Positions 1 to 8,840 of a DNA stretch of 64,000 bases are shown here, in pieces. Both the position numbers and the translations under genes were made by a program. Below the pieces are notes generated by a model. It did no database searches. It was not told where the DNA came from and saw only the letters and a list, made by a program, of their open reading frames with translations. Positions within the stretch are counted from its first letter, which is position 1. Every line of letters begins with the position of its first letter. Source of the DNA: Candidatus Faecousia excrementipullorum (GTDB taxonomy: Bacteria; Bacillota; Clostridia; Oscillospirales; Oscillospiraceae); NCBI GenBank assembly GCA_018712825.1, contig DVGG01000056.1:4423-68422 (forward strand), given 5' to 3'.

Positions 1-747
1 TCCGGCCTTGCCATGGTGGTGGACCAGGTGCTGAAAACCGGCTCTGTGGGTGTTGTGGCGGCGGTGATGAATGTGCCGCTTTTTGCCATCGCCGGACTGA
101 AAATCGGTAAGAAATTCTTCTGGGGTTCCTTTGTGGGAATGGCTTTTCTATCCTTATTCATAGATCTGCTGACGTTTTTGCCCCGGCCGGAACTGGACCC
201 GCTGCTGGGTGCTCTGTATGGCGGCGTAATCTGCGGCTTTGGTTTGGGTCAGGTATTTGCTGTGGGGATGTCCACCGGCGGCTCGGATATCGTTGTCCGT
301 CTGATGAAGAAGAAATGGCCCTATCTGCCTATTGGATTTTTCACCACGGCTTTTGATGCCTTTGTGGCGATTTTAACCGGCGTGGTATTCCAGGATTTTA
401 CCAAAACCTTGTATAGCGGCATTACCATTTTCATAACCGGACAGATGATCAATATGGTGGTCTACCGTTTTGATTATTCCAAAGTGGTTTGGATTATTTC
501 CAAGAAACATGCCCAGATTGCCCACGAGGTGGGGTTGCAGCTTCACAGAGGCTCTACCTACTTTCATGGTCAGGGAGCTTACAGCGGCAAGGAGACCCAG
601 GTGATTTTGACTGCTGTCAAACAACAGCAGATTGCAGAGCTGAAAGATTTGGTTGCCCAAATCGATCCGGATGCCTTTGTGATTGTTCAGGAGGCTCACC
701 AGGTCCTGGGAGATGGATTCCTTCATTATTCCAAGGACGCTCTGTGA
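1..747 (+). CDS. YitT-family membrane protein with C-terminal DUF2179-like domain (5' end probably outside window)
   Basis: The frame of ORF 13..747 stays open back to base 1. Several hydrophobic helices are followed by a soluble tail (STYFHGQGAYSGKE...DPDAFVIVQEAHQV) typical of YitT/DUF2179 proteins. At 244 aa it is shorter than usual for the family. Confidence 0.75.
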   Translation, partial: SGLAMVVDQVLKTGSVGVVAAVMNVPLFAIAGLKIGKKFFWGSFVGMAFLSLFIDLLTFLPRPELDPLLGALYGGVICGFGLGQVFAVGMSTGGSDIVVRLMKKKWPYLPIGFFTTAFDAFVAILTGVVFQDFTKTLYSGITIFITGQMINMVVYRFDYSKVVWIISKKHAQIAHEVGLQLHRGSTYFHGQGAYSGKETQVILTAVKQQQIAELKDLVAQIDPDAFVIVQEAHQVLGDGFLHYSKDAL

Positions 748-764
748 GGAGAAAGGAGCACGCC

Positions 765-2006
765 ATGAAAAGATGGACAGGGATTATCTTATTGGCTTGG
801 ATATGCCTGCTTCTTTCCGGCTGTGATTTTTGGCTGAACGGCAGCTATAGCTCCGTTACGCCGAATCAGGGGAATACAACGGCGGGCAATCAGGGAGATG
901 AGGAAATTTATTCCTATGGAGACTTGCGGGAAGCTATGGAGAATATGGTTGAATTGGGTGTGCAAAAAGTTACGTTTTCTGCTTCCCGCTTCGATGCCAA
1001 AACCTTGGAAACCTATATGCAAAGAGTCACGGAACATATTATAGCGAATAATCCCGTGGGAAATTTTGCCGTTGAGCAAATATCTTATGATGTGGGCAGC
1101 AGCGGAGGCAGGCAGGCCATTGGAGTGAATATCACTTATAGCCGAACAAAAGCAGAAATACTGGGTATGCCAGTGGTGGCAGATATGGATGAGGCTGTTG
1201 AGCAAATCCAGAATGCTCTGGCAGACTGTGAAGCAAGTCTGGTGATGCGTGTGCAGGCCTATGAGCAGATGGATATTGTCCAGATGGTTCAGAGCTACGG
1301 GGCGCAAAATCCCCACATCTGCGTGGAAATTCCCCAGGTTTCCGTGAGTACCTACCCGGAATCCGGAATTGATCGGGTCGTAGAGCTGTCCTTTGTGTAT
1401 AAAAACAGCCGCGAGGTGCTGCGGAGTATGCAGCAAACCGTCCAGGATTCCTTTACAGCCGCTCAAAAAAGCCTGAAAGCGGAGGATACTGCCCTTGTAA
1501 AAATCGGAAAACTGTATTCCTATGTGATGGAGCGGCATGAAAATACAATGGATACATCCATAACACCGGCTTACAGTGTTCTTCGGTATGGCGTTGGAGA
1601 CAGTAAAGCCTTTGCAGAGGTATATGCCGCCCTAGGCCGTTGGGTGGGGCTGGACTGTGAAACGATTACAGGAACCCGGAACGGTGAGGCCTGGTGCTGG
1701 AATGTGATCTGCATTGAAGGTACCTATTACTATCTGGATCTGGTGCAATGCTGGAAGAGTCAAACCTACCAGCTAAAGACCTTTGATCAGATGACGGGAT
1801 ATGTATGGGATTACTCTGCATATGGGGAGGACGGACCCCCTGCCGGCGAGCAAATCCCCACAGTGCCGACCGAGGAGACACGGTCCCCGGAGGAAGAAGC
1901 GGAAGGGGAGACCCTTCCCCAGGAGCCGATTCCCTCGGAGGAGGCTACAACACCTCCTCAGGAGCCGGCTCCCACCGAGGAAATACCGACAGATACTCCG
2001 GAATAA
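765..2006 (+). CDS. Lipoprotein with degenerate transglutaminase-like core and a Pro/Glu/Thr-rich C-terminal tail
   Basis: In-frame ATG at 765 preceded by GAGGAGAAAGGAG. Signal peptide plus lipobox (MKRWTGIILLAWICLLLSGC). The segment SKAFAEVYAALGRWVGLDCETITGTRNGEAWCWNVICIEGTYYYLDL has transglutaminase-like spacing but lacks the usual Cys/His. The tail is PAGEQIPTVPTEETRSPEEEAEGETLPQEPIPSEEATTPPQEPAPTEEIPTDTPE. Confidence 0.7.
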   Translation: MKRWTGIILLAWICLLLSGCDFWLNGSYSSVTPNQGNTTAGNQGDEEIYSYGDLREAMENMVELGVQKVTFSASRFDAKTLETYMQRVTEHIIANNPVGNFAVEQISYDVGSSGGRQAIGVNITYSRTKAEILGMPVVADMDEAVEQIQNALADCEASLVMRVQAYEQMDIVQMVQSYGAQNPHICVEIPQVSVSTYPESGIDRVVELSFVYKNSREVLRSMQQTVQDSFTAAQKSLKAEDTALVKIGKLYSYVMERHENTMDTSITPAYSVLRYGVGDSKAFAEVYAALGRWVGLDCETITGTRNGEAWCWNVICIEGTYYYLDLVQCWKSQTYQLKTFDQMTGYVWDYSAYGEDGPPAGEQIPTVPTEETRSPEEEAEGETLPQEPIPSEEATTPPQEPAPTEEIPTDTPE

Positions 2007-2056
2007 CCACCCGGATTGGCGTCAGGAAGAATTATTTATATTTTTGAAAAAAAGTG

Positions 2057-2084
2057 TTGACTTATGAAAAAAATGTGCTATAAT
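2057..2084 (+). promoter_or_regulatory. Sigma-A type promoter for tRNA-Gly
   Basis: TTGACT (2057-2062), 16-nt spacer, then extended -10 TGcTATAAT (2076-2084), about 12 nt upstream of the tRNA. Confidence 0.65.
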
Positions 2085-2096
2085 TCTTCTTGTTCC

Positions 2097-2172
2097 GCGG
2101 GTGTAGCTCATCCGGTAGAGCGCCACCTTGCCAAGGTGGAGGTAGCGAGTTCGAGCCTCGTCACCCGCTCCA
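2097..2172 (+). tRNA. tRNA-Gly (anticodon GCC)
   Basis: 76-nt cloverleaf. Acceptor GCGGGTG/CACCCGC, D arm GCTC..GAGC, anticodon stem CCACC/GGTGG with loop TTGCCAA, T arm GCGAG TTCGAGC CTCGT, encoded CCA. Confidence 0.93.
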
Positions 2173-2174
2173 TA

Positions 2175-2208
2175 AAAAGCAGATGCTGTCAAGCATCTGC
2201 TTTTTTCT
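2175..2208 (+). terminator. Intrinsic terminator after tRNA-Gly
   Basis: GCAGATGCT / AGCATCTGC stem (2179-2200) followed by TTTTTT. Confidence 0.8.
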
Positions 2209-2373
2209 TTTGCAGTTTTTCTCCTTCCTGGCAGCATTTGCGATTGTGCTGCCGGGATTTCCGTAAATGGGTCAGTTTATTGGGAAAATCTCTGGTATAT
2301 TCCGCCGTCGATTCCCTTGAATCCACCGGATAGTCCTCTATATACTGTAAAAACCGGAAGAAAGGGGAATCCA

Positions 2374-3111
2374 ATGATGACTGTGAAAGTGACGTTATTT
2401 CGGGGATTGCTGCTGTTTCTCAGTGTGACAGGAGCTGTTTTGTCAGGAAGCTTATTGCTTGTCCAGGCTTCCATGGGTACAGGAGGACAAGGGGCCACGA
2501 TTGCGGTGCTGGGTACCCAACCGGAAACCACAGCCGCCGTTTTGCAGGAACTTACATTTCCTTACTGCCTGGGAAACGACATTTGGATTGAGATGGTCAC
2601 AGGTTATGAAGGCTTGTATACAGAAGACGAAAGCATGGAGCCGATTGTCGACGGGGCTGCGATTGTGCTTTACAACGGCGGCGAAAGAATGCTGGAGGAT
2701 GTGGAAGTAACGCTGGCGACAGACAGGGATGATCTGGTCTTTTCCGGGACGTATCTTCCCCCCGGGGAACGGACGATGATTCTGGCCCAGGAGAAAGGGC
2801 TATACACCAATCAAAAGATATTAGGTGCGGAAGTAAAATATGACTTGGTGGAAACACCATGGGCTCAGACCATTGCTTTTACGGACTGGGATGAAAAGGG
2901 GCTGCTCCTTGTGAACACAGGGACAGAGACTGTGGCAGACATTACAGTCCTTTATAAGACCTATTATAAAGAGCTGGGGTTCTATCTGGGGGGACTGACT
3001 TACCAGGCCTATGCCGGGAGCCTGGAGGCAGGGGAGGACACCATATTGCCCCTTTCAAATTATGCCTCCGGTTACAGCAGGGTGATACTGGTGGTATCTC
3101 AGACAGAATAA
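2374..3111 (+). CDS. Hypothetical membrane-anchored or secreted protein
   Basis: ATG at 2374 after GAAAGGGGAA. N-terminal hydrophobic segment (LFRGLLLFLSVTGAVLSGSLLLVQA). No motif I recognise. Coding-like composition through to the stop at 3111. Confidence 0.6.
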   Translation: MMTVKVTLFRGLLLFLSVTGAVLSGSLLLVQASMGTGGQGATIAVLGTQPETTAAVLQELTFPYCLGNDIWIEMVTGYEGLYTEDESMEPIVDGAAIVLYNGGERMLEDVEVTLATDRDDLVFSGTYLPPGERTMILAQEKGLYTNQKILGAEVKYDLVETPWAQTIAFTDWDEKGLLLVNTGTETVADITVLYKTYYKELGFYLGGLTYQAYAGSLEAGEDTILPLSNYASGYSRVILVVSQTE

Positions 3112-3140
3112 AAAGCAGCCAGGAAAAAATCCTGGCTGCT
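3108..3140. terminator. Hairpin terminator between convergent genes (U-tract on the minus strand)
   Basis: AGCAGCCAGG / CCTGGCTGCT stem (3114-3140). On the minus strand it is followed by TTTTAT, so it mainly serves the ABC operon. Confidence 0.7.
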
Positions 3141-3149
3141 TCCTATGTA

Positions 3150-3929
3150 TCAAAGGACCTTGGACAAAAAGTCCTTCAGACGGGGATTCTGGGGATTGCC
3201 GAAAATCTCCTGGGGGGATCCCTGTTCCACCAGCTTGCCTGCGTCCATAAACAAGACCCGATTGGCAACTTCCCGGGCGAAGCCCATTTCGTGGGTGACG
3301 ATGACCATGGTCATGCCGGCGTCTGCCAATTCCCGGATAACGGAGAGTACTTCGCCTACCATCTCCGGGTCCAGAGCGGAGGTGGGTTCGTCAAAGAGCA
3401 TAACCTCCGGCTCCATCATCAATGCCCGGACAATGGCCACACGCTGCTTCTGACCGCCGGAGAGCTGGATGGGATAGGCATCCCCCCGGTCTCCCAGCCC
3501 AACCCGGTTCAAAAGGGTCAGCGCCTTTTCCTTGGCTTCATCCACCGGCATATGCTTTACCTTTACAGGGGCCAGAATCATGTTGTCCAGAATGGTCTTG
3601 TGGGGAAACAGATTGAAATGCTGAAATACCATACCCATCTTCTGCCGGTGGATATTGATGTCCACCTTGACCTTCTTTCCGGTTTTGGGATCCTTGTAGC
3701 TATCCTTGGTAATGTCAATACCATGGAAGACAATCTCCCCTTCATCCAGAGTTTCCAGCAGATTCATACTCCGCAGCAGGGTGCTCTTACCGGAACCGGA
3801 GGGGCCGATGATGGCCACCACGTCCCCCTTGCTGATATCCACGGAAACATCGTTCAGGGCGTGGAGAGTGCCTTTGTTGTAGGTTTTCCGGACATGTTTT
3901 ACTTGAATCAGCTTATCGTTTGTCGCCAC
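3150..3929 (-). CDS. Amino-acid ABC transporter ATP-binding protein
   Basis: Walker [10 protein letters not shown], signature LSGGQKQRV, Walker [12 protein letters not shown]. Polar-amino-acid (GlnQ/ArtP-like) type. GTG start overlaps the permease stop. Confidence 0.9.
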   Translation of the reverse strand: MATNDKLIQVKHVRKTYNKGTLHALNDVSVDISKGDVVAIIGPSGSGKSTLLRSMNLLETLDEGEIVFHGIDITKDSYKDPKTGKKVKVDINIHRQKMGMVFQHFNLFPHKTILDNMILAPVKVKHMPVDEAKEKALTLLNRVGLGDRGDAYPIQLSGGQKQRVAIVRALMMEPEVMLFDEPTSALDPEMVGEVLSVIRELADAGMTMVIVTHEMGFAREVANRVLFMDAGKLVEQGSPQEIFGNPQNPRLKDFLSKVL

Positions 3930-4611
3930 GGCTCATCTTCCTTTCAAAGTGCTGAATCACCTTCGAGGTGGGGAAGGTCAGACAGAAATAAATGCAGGTT
4001 GCTACAATCAGGGGCTCTGCCATAGAGAAGGTTGCGGCCGTTACAGAGTTGACGGCACCCATAATATCCTGAACACCGATGGTCCAGGCGATGGAGGATT
4101 CCTTGATTATCGTTACAAATTCATTGGCAATGGCCGGCAGAATATTTTTCATGGCCTGGGGCAGCACAATATAGCGCATATTCTGCCATGCGGTAAGACC
4201 CAGACTCCGGGCGGCTTCTGTCTGGCCCATATCCACAGACTGAATGCCGGAGCGGACAATTTCACACAGATATGCGCCGGAGTTCAGGGACAGGGCAATC
4301 ACGCCGGGGATAAACCGTTCAAAACGAATGAAGCCGAAAAGCTTAAAGGTGGGCAGAGAGACACCGGCCAAGGCCACGTGATAGATGAGGAACAGCTGCA
4401 CCATCATGGGCGTTGCCCGGAACAACTCCACATAGGTGGTGGCAACAAATCTGAGAGGCTTGAATTTTGCAAGGCGCATGGTGGCAAGAACCAGTGCCAG
4501 GATGAAGCCTGCCACAACAGACAGGGCAGAAAGGGAGACAGTACAGACCAAACCCTCCCAGAAAAGCTGCATGTACTTAAAGGTCTTCAAAAAATTATTC
4601 CAGGAAATCAA
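3913..4611 (-). CDS. Amino-acid ABC transporter permease
   Basis: Multi-TM protein with EAA loop ([23 protein letters not shown]). Start set at TTG 4611, 8 nt after AAAGGAG. The ORF track extends to GTG 4629, so the start is uncertain. Confidence 0.85.
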   Translation of the reverse strand: MISWNNFLKTFKYMQLFWEGLVCTVSLSALSVVAGFILALVLATMRLAKFKPLRFVATTYVELFRATPMMVQLFLIYHVALAGVSLPTFKLFGFIRFERFIPGVIALSLNSGAYLCEIVRSGIQSVDMGQTEAARSLGLTAWQNMRYIVLPQAMKNILPAIANEFVTIIKESSIAWTIGVQDIMGAVNSVTAATFSMAEPLIVATCIYFCLTFPTSKVIQHFERKMSRGDKR

Positions 4612-4636
4612 CAGAAATACTCCTTTCACGCCACTA

Positions 4637-4660
4637 CCCCGGAAGGACAGCCTTCCGGGG
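4637..4660 (-). other. GC-rich intercistronic stem-loop between the binding-protein and permease genes
   Basis: CCCCGGAAGG-nnnn-CCTTCCGGGG, a perfect 10-bp stem with no U-tract on the transcribed strand. Confidence 0.6.
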
Positions 4661-4692
4661 AGGGGCAGATATTCAATGGTTTAACTGGTTAT

Positions 4693-5580
4693 TTATTCGG
4701 CAGGAGTCTGATCCTCATCCAGCAGACCCTCATGGATATTGCCGGAAGCCAGCTCGGAAGCTTCGGTAACAAACTGCTCCAGAGAACCGTCAGCAATGGC
4801 GTCCTGAATACACAGGTTGATGGCAGCCAGCAGCGGGCCGTTACCTTTGCAGACACCGATTACGCTGCCTTCAGCTTCGTAAGGCACATCCAGAACAACG
4901 GCCAGATCCGGATAGTTCTTGGCGTAGGCCTGAGCGGGAAGGGTTTCGATGTAGGCACCGTCCAGCTTGCCGGAAAGCAGCTCTGCGATGATGTCGGTAA
5001 CCTTGCTCAACTCCACAATATCAGCATCGGGAGAGTTTTCCTTTGCCAGGTCGGCCTGGATGGAGCCCAGCTGAGCACCAATCTGATACTCGGCTTTGTT
5101 GGTGGAAGCCAGATCGGGGAACAGATCCTTATTGGCCTGAACGGTCACAAAGGACTGGCCGCCTTCGTAGTAGACGTCGGAAAAGTCCATAGCATCTTCC
5201 CGTTCGGGGTCGGGGGAATAACCGGCCATACCGATGTCTGCCTTCTTGGCTGCCAGCTCGGTGATGGTGCCCTTAAAATCCATGGGGATGATTTCCAATT
5301 CCATACCCAGCTTGTCAGCGATGTACTGAGCCAGTGCAATGTCGAAGCCGGCCAGGGTGGGATTGTCGTTTTCGTCCAGTGCGTAGAACTCATAGGGGGC
5401 GAAGTCCGGGCTGGTCACCATGGTAAGCTTACCTTCGTTTACGGTCTGGATCAGAGGAATCAGCTCTTCCAGGGTCATGGAGGAGTAGTCAGTGGTATCC
5501 TGGGACTCCTTGGGGGCACAGCCTGCCAGCATGCCCAGTAGCATCAGAGCGGAAAGCGCCAGGGCAAATAACTTTTTCAT
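4693..5580 (-). CDS. Amino-acid ABC transporter substrate-binding lipoprotein (family 3 SBP)
   Basis: Start MKKLFALALSALMLLGMLAGC (lipobox) after GAAAAAGGAGAAATGG. Body has the periplasmic-binding fold pattern (FAPYEF...GFDIALAQYIADKLG...GMAGYS). Confidence 0.85.
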   Translation of the reverse strand: MKKLFALALSALMLLGMLAGCAPKESQDTTDYSSMTLEELIPLIQTVNEGKLTMVTSPDFAPYEFYALDENDNPTLAGFDIALAQYIADKLGMELEIIPMDFKGTITELAAKKADIGMAGYSPDPEREDAMDFSDVYYEGGQSFVTVQANKDLFPDLASTNKAEYQIGAQLGSIQADLAKENSPDADIVELSKVTDIIAELLSGKLDGAYIETLPAQAYAKNYPDLAVVLDVPYEAEGSVIGVCKGNGPLLAAINLCIQDAIADGSLEQFVTEASELASGNIHEGLLDEDQTPAE

Positions 5581-5632
5581 AACCATTTCTCCTTTTTCAA
5601 ATCCCAAATCTCTCGGGTGAATTTATGTGTGT

Positions 5633-5661
5633 ATTATAATACGAATAATATTCATCGTCAA
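5633..5661 (-). promoter_or_regulatory. Promoter of the ABC operon with a palindromic operator in the spacer
   Basis: Minus strand reads TTGACG-17 nt-TATAAT. The 17-nt spacer is ATGAATATTATTCGTAT and contains the palindrome GAATATTATTC. Confidence 0.6.
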
Positions 5662-5718
5662 CTGTAAAAAAATACAAAACAACAGGAAAGCTTAAATGGA
5701 ATATAGAGATAATTCACA

Positions 5719-5747
5719 GGAATATTCATAAGTTATATGAATATTCC
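5719..5747. promoter_or_regulatory. Perfect 12-bp inverted repeat (candidate operator)
   Basis: GGAATATTCATA-agtta-TATGAATATTCC. Each arm carries the same ATGAATATT half-site seen inside the ABC promoter. Confidence 0.55.
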
Positions 5748-5837
5748 AATATATGCAAAAATTATACAATGAATAAATGCATAAAAAACGTGCATATGAG
5801 AATAGGAGCGGGCTTTATGGCCGGCTATAAATTTGTG

Positions 5838-5866
5838 TTGTAAAAAAAGGAAAACTATTATATAAT
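5838..5866 (+). promoter_or_regulatory. Candidate sigma-A promoter for murC-ddl
   Basis: TTGTAA-17 nt-TATAAT, about 34 nt upstream of the murC ATG. Confidence 0.5.
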
Positions 5867-5899
5867 ACTAAGGTTAATAAAATCGGAGGGTGTGGCCCT

Positions 5900-7267
5900 A
5901 TGCAAAATAAATGTGAAGAACTAAAAAAATATCTCAAGCCTGGAAAGCGGGTGCATCTGATTGGAATCGGCGGTGTGTCCATGCGTCCTCTGGGACTTGT
6001 ACTTCAGGGAATGGGTTTGACGGTAACCGGCTCCGATATGAATTCCTCGGTTTCCACCGATGAGCTGATTGACAAAGGTATCCAGGTGTATATCGGTCAC
6101 CGGCAGGAAAATATCCGGGGAGCGGACTGCATTATCCGTACCGCTGCCGCCCATAATGACAATCCGGAGATTGCCGCAGCCCGGGTGGCTGGCATTCCTG
6201 TTTTCGAACGGGCCCAGGCCTGGGGCGTTATCATGCAGGCATATAAAAATGCCGTATGCGTAGCCGGTACCCACGGAAAGACCACCACCACCTCTATGGT
6301 GACTCATATTCTGATGGAAGCTAACGTGGACCCCACCGTGATGATTGGCGGCTATTTGCCCTTGCTCCGGGCAGGGCACCGGGTAGGGAAGGGAGATACC
6401 ATCATTCTGGAGAGCTGCGAGTATTGCGACTCCTTCCTGAATTTCTTTCCCACCTTGTCTGTGATTTTGAATATTGAAGCGGATCATCTGGATTATTTCA
6501 AGGATCTGGCGGATATTCAGAAATCCTTCCGGAAATTTGCCCAGCTGTCCAGCGGCGGCATTCTTGCCAACGGAGATGACCCCCATGTGCTGGAGGCGTT
6601 GAAAGGTCTGGACTATGTGAGCTTTGGCCTGAATCCCAACAACCGGGTACATGGAGAGAATATTCACCCCGACTGGCGGCACCTGGATGTGTACTGTGAC
6701 GGCGTCTTTTATACCCACCTGGATTTGAATGTACTGGGTCGGCACAATGCCCTTAATGCCATCGGTGCAGCCGGTGCAGCCTGGATGCTGGGAATTCCCG
6801 GGGAAGCAGTAACCCGTGGCCTTGCAGCTTTTTCCGGAGCGGAGCGGCGGATGCAGTATAAAGGCACCTACCGGGGGGCAGATATTTATGATGACTATGC
6901 CCACCATCCGGATGAGTTGGCAGCAACCATTGATGCTGTGGCTACCATGCACTATGACCGGGTGATTCTGGCCTTCCAGCCCCATACCTATACCAGAACA
7001 AAAGCTCTGTTTTCGGATTTTGTACGGCAGCTGAAGCGGGTGGATAAGGTGGTTCTGGCGGAGATTTACGCCGCCCGGGAGCGCAATACCGTGGGAATCT
7101 CCTCCAAGGACCTGGCGGACCAGATTCCCGGAGCGGTATACTGTGAAACACTGCCGGAGGTTACCTCCTATCTGGGCTCTGTTGCCCGGAAGGGGGATGT
7201 GATTCTGACCGTGGGCGCCGGTGACATTTACCGGGCCGGAGAGGCCTTGTTAAAGGATGCAAACTAA
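5900..7267 (+). CDS. murC: UDP-N-acetylmuramate--L-alanine ligase
   Basis: GIGGVSM Rossmann start, GTHGKTTTT P-loop, and Mur ligase middle and C-terminal pattern (DDYAHHP). Confidence 0.95.
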   Translation: MQNKCEELKKYLKPGKRVHLIGIGGVSMRPLGLVLQGMGLTVTGSDMNSSVSTDELIDKGIQVYIGHRQENIRGADCIIRTAAAHNDNPEIAAARVAGIPVFERAQAWGVIMQAYKNAVCVAGTHGKTTTTSMVTHILMEANVDPTVMIGGYLPLLRAGHRVGKGDTIILESCEYCDSFLNFFPTLSVILNIEADHLDYFKDLADIQKSFRKFAQLSSGGILANGDDPHVLEALKGLDYVSFGLNPNNRVHGENIHPDWRHLDVYCDGVFYTHLDLNVLGRHNALNAIGAAGAAWMLGIPGEAVTRGLAAFSGAERRMQYKGTYRGADIYDDYAHHPDELAATIDAVATMHYDRVILAFQPHTYTRTKALFSDFVRQLKRVDKVVLAEIYAARERNTVGISSKDLADQIPGAVYCETLPEVTSYLGSVARKGDVILTVGAGDIYRAGEALLKDAN

Positions 7268-7292
7268 AGCATTGGGAGTTTGGAGGTAACGT

Positions 7293-8363
7293 ATGCGTAA
7301 AATCAATGTGTTGGTTCTGTTTGGCGGTATGAGCCCGGAGCATGAGGTTTCCCTGCGCTCCGCAGAGTCGGTGCTGAACCATATGTCCAAGGAAAAATAT
7401 AATATTCTTCCTGTGGGAATTACCAAAGAAGGCGCATGGATTCTTTATGGCGGGCACGACTATTCCCAGCTGCCCAGCGGCTTGTGGACGGAGCATCCCG
7501 GCAATCGCCCGGCTGCCATTTCTCCCATTCGGGGACAGGGCCTTCTGTGCTTTGAAGGAGACTGTTTGGTGCGTCAGTCTGTGGATGTGGTGTTCCCGGT
7601 TCTCCATGGAGAGAACGGTGAGGACGGAGCCATGCAGGGCTTGCTGCAGTTGGCCGGTATCCCTTATGTAGGACCCCATGTGTCTGCCTCTGCGGTAGCC
7701 ATGGACAAGACCCTGACCAAGCTGGTGGCTGACAATGCAGGCATTACCCAGGCAAAGTGGCAGCTTGTACGCAACAGCGATTTGAATAACCGCGTCGAGC
7801 AGATTGTTGACCAGCTGGAAACCCGTTTTACCTATCCCATGTTTGTAAAGCCTGCGGGAACCGGCTCCTCTGTGGGCGTATCCAAGGCCACTGACCGGGC
7901 AACGCTTATGGACGCTCTACTTTCTGCCGGTGTGTATGATGACAAGATTCTGGTGGAAGAATTCATCCACGGTAAGGAAATCGAAGTGGCCGTTATGGGC
8001 AATGACAGCCCGGTGGCCTCCATCTGCGGAGAGATTGATTCCGGAACGGAATTCTATGATTATGAGGCCAAGTATATCACGGACACTTCTGTTGCCTACA
8101 TCCCTGCCCGGATTCCGGAGGATGTGGCAGAGCAGGTCCGGGATCAGGCGGTTCGGATTTACTCTGCAATCGGCTGCCAGGGCCTGAGCCGGGTAGACTT
8201 TTTCGTAACCTACGAGGATAACCGGGTGGTATTCAACGAAATCAACACCATTCCCGGCTTTACCTCCATTTCCATGTATCCCAAGCTGTTTGCTGCCAGC
8301 GGCATTCCCTATGAGCAGCTGATTGATGAGCTGCTGCAGCTGGCGATGGAGGCCTGCAAATGA
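7293..8363 (+). CDS. ddl: D-alanine--D-alanine ligase
   Basis: GGMSPEHEVSLRSA, HGENGEDGAMQGLL, ATP-grasp FVKPAGTGSSVG, and C-terminal NEINTIPGFTSISMYP. Confidence 0.95.
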   Translation: MRKINVLVLFGGMSPEHEVSLRSAESVLNHMSKEKYNILPVGITKEGAWILYGGHDYSQLPSGLWTEHPGNRPAAISPIRGQGLLCFEGDCLVRQSVDVVFPVLHGENGEDGAMQGLLQLAGIPYVGPHVSASAVAMDKTLTKLVADNAGITQAKWQLVRNSDLNNRVEQIVDQLETRFTYPMFVKPAGTGSSVGVSKATDRATLMDALLSAGVYDDKILVEEFIHGKEIEVAVMGNDSPVASICGEIDSGTEFYDYEAKYITDTSVAYIPARIPEDVAEQVRDQAVRIYSAIGCQGLSRVDFFVTYEDNRVVFNEINTIPGFTSISMYPKLFAASGIPYEQLIDELLQLAMEACK

Positions 8364-8788
8364 GAAAAGATGTGGTTCTGAGTCTGCGGGGACAGCAGAA
8401 CTATGTGGACCAGGAGCCGGAAATCATTGAGTTGGTGACAGAGGGAACCCTGGAATCCACAGAGCGGGGCTGGATTATCCGCTACGAGGAAAGTGACCTG
8501 ACCGGCCTTTCCGGTGTGACCACGGAATTTTCCGTGGAGCCGGAGCAGGTGGAACTGAAAAGGACCGGAAAGCTCAACTCCCATATGGTTTTCCGGGAGG
8601 GTGTTCACCACGATTCCCTTTACCAGCTGGAGTTTGGCGCACTGATGATTACGGTCTGTGCAAACAAAATTCGCAGCGATTTGACAGAGAACGGCGGAAC
8701 AGTGGACTTGGTCTATGGAATTGAGATTGAGCAAACTGCCGCGGGTCAGGTGGATTATCACCTGGATGTAAAAGTGAAAAATGCTTGA
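8360..8788 (+). CDS. DUF1934-like small beta-barrel protein
   Basis: 142 aa. Its start overlaps the ddl stop by 4 nt. The pattern of alternating beta strands (ELVTEGTL...WIIRYEE...TTEFSVEP...VELKRTG) resembles the YwiB/DUF1934 family. Recognised from memory only. Confidence 0.7.
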   Translation: MRKDVVLSLRGQQNYVDQEPEIIELVTEGTLESTERGWIIRYEESDLTGLSGVTTEFSVEPEQVELKRTGKLNSHMVFREGVHHDSLYQLEFGALMITVCANKIRSDLTENGGTVDLVYGIEIEQTAAGQVDYHLDVKVKNA

Positions 8789-8840
8789 TTGGGATAAAAA
8801 AGAGGTATCGGTCTTGGCCGATACCCCTTTTTGGTCTGTA

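Noticed and set aside
489-764. N-terminal 92-codon extension of the lipoprotein ORF, overlapping the YitT-family gene.
   Set aside because: The extension is Cys/Arg/Gly-rich and lies out of frame inside a good CDS. An internal ATG at 765 has a strong RBS and is followed at once by a signal peptide and lipobox.
3949-5541. 530-aa plus-strand ORF spanning the ABC permease and binding-protein genes.
   Set aside because: It crosses two well-supported minus-strand genes and their intergenic hairpin. It has no motif and is a shadow ORF.
5643-5655. Exact ARG-box assignment of the promoter palindrome.
   Set aside because: TGAAT-ATT-ATTCG has a 3-nt centre rather than the 4-nt centre of the E. coli consensus. 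It is therefore reported only as ArgR-like, not called.
5581-5899. Considered whether the AT-rich 320-bp gap is a replication origin or a mobile-element scar.
   Set aside because: There are no DnaA-box (TTATCCACA-like) clusters, no dnaA or dnaN nearby and no terminal inverted repeats. Promoters and operator-like palindromes explain the region.
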